Part shown: positions 63,670-64,000 of the stretch, piece by piece
How the letters are laid out: every line of letters begins with the position of its first letter
Numbering within the stretch: position 1 is the first letter of the stretch
From: Haliotis rufescens
Taxonomy: Eukaryota
Direction of reading: 5' to 3'
NCBI RefSeq assembly: GCF_023055435.1
Contig: NW_025963979.1
Coordinates: 5,022,001-5,086,000 of the forward strand
DNA length: 64,000 bases
Position numbers and translations under genes: made by a program
Notes under the pieces: model-generated
What the model was told of the DNA's origin: nothing
What the model saw: the letters and a program-made list of their open reading frames with translations, nothing else
Databases searched by the model: none

Positions 63670-63880
63670 TATTGTGGGAGGAAAGTCCGAAATGATGCAG
63701 GTCTCAGACGTTTACCACTTTGGTGAAACCAACGAGCACGGGTATGGTGCTGACAAACTTAGAAACATAATCGGGCTACCGGAATTCGAACCCACAATCA
63801 TAGGTTTCTGGCGTGCCCAAGGGGCGCAACTCTACACAGTGAGTCGCGGCGCCTTAGACGACTGGGCCACCCGTGCCCCC
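63670..63880 (-). mobile_element. tRNA-derived SINE (copy of the 22295-22587 family)
   Basis: High similarity to 22375-22587. Confidence 0.7.
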
Positions 63881-64000
63881 TCACGTGATCCTGAAGTTTT
63901 GCATGAATTAATTAGTGTATGCCTTTTTACTATCAAACACCCATAATCTATAAATACACCAGGGGTAAGGTGTCGTCTCCCACAATTTCGCACCTCAATC

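Overview
AT-rich invertebrate animal genomic DNA. It looks molluscan, possibly gastropod or abalone, judging from its SINE and HINE content; I cannot confirm the species. I reconstructed three intron-containing genes by hand, all with consistent GT-AG boundaries and reading-frame phases. (1) The 3' ~1,400 codons of MARF1/limkain-b1 (+, 330-13207, 16 exons; end of RRM1, RRM2 and LOTUS/OST-HTH repeats; the NYN-encoding 5' part lies upstream of the window). (2) A complete B3GNTL1/QTGAL-like GT2 glycosyltransferase (-, 29501-16228, 12 exons, 345 aa), convergent with MARF1. (3) A complete meteorin-like secreted protein (-, 61620-56947, 4 exons, 297 aa). The interval from ~29.6 to 56.5 kb has no supportable gene. 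It holds many minisatellites, SINEs, MITE-like elements and one assembly gap. The long repetitive ORFs in the track are minisatellite artefacts. Three observations stand out. A dispersed ~250-bp retroposon family (10 or more copies) has a 5' ~90 nt that folds into a covarying, pseudoknotted RNA module, a candidate novel ribozyme or cis-element. Minisatellites in QTGAL grew directly out of splice sites. A duplicated, in-frame 45-nt cassette-exon candidate is embedded in one of those arrays.
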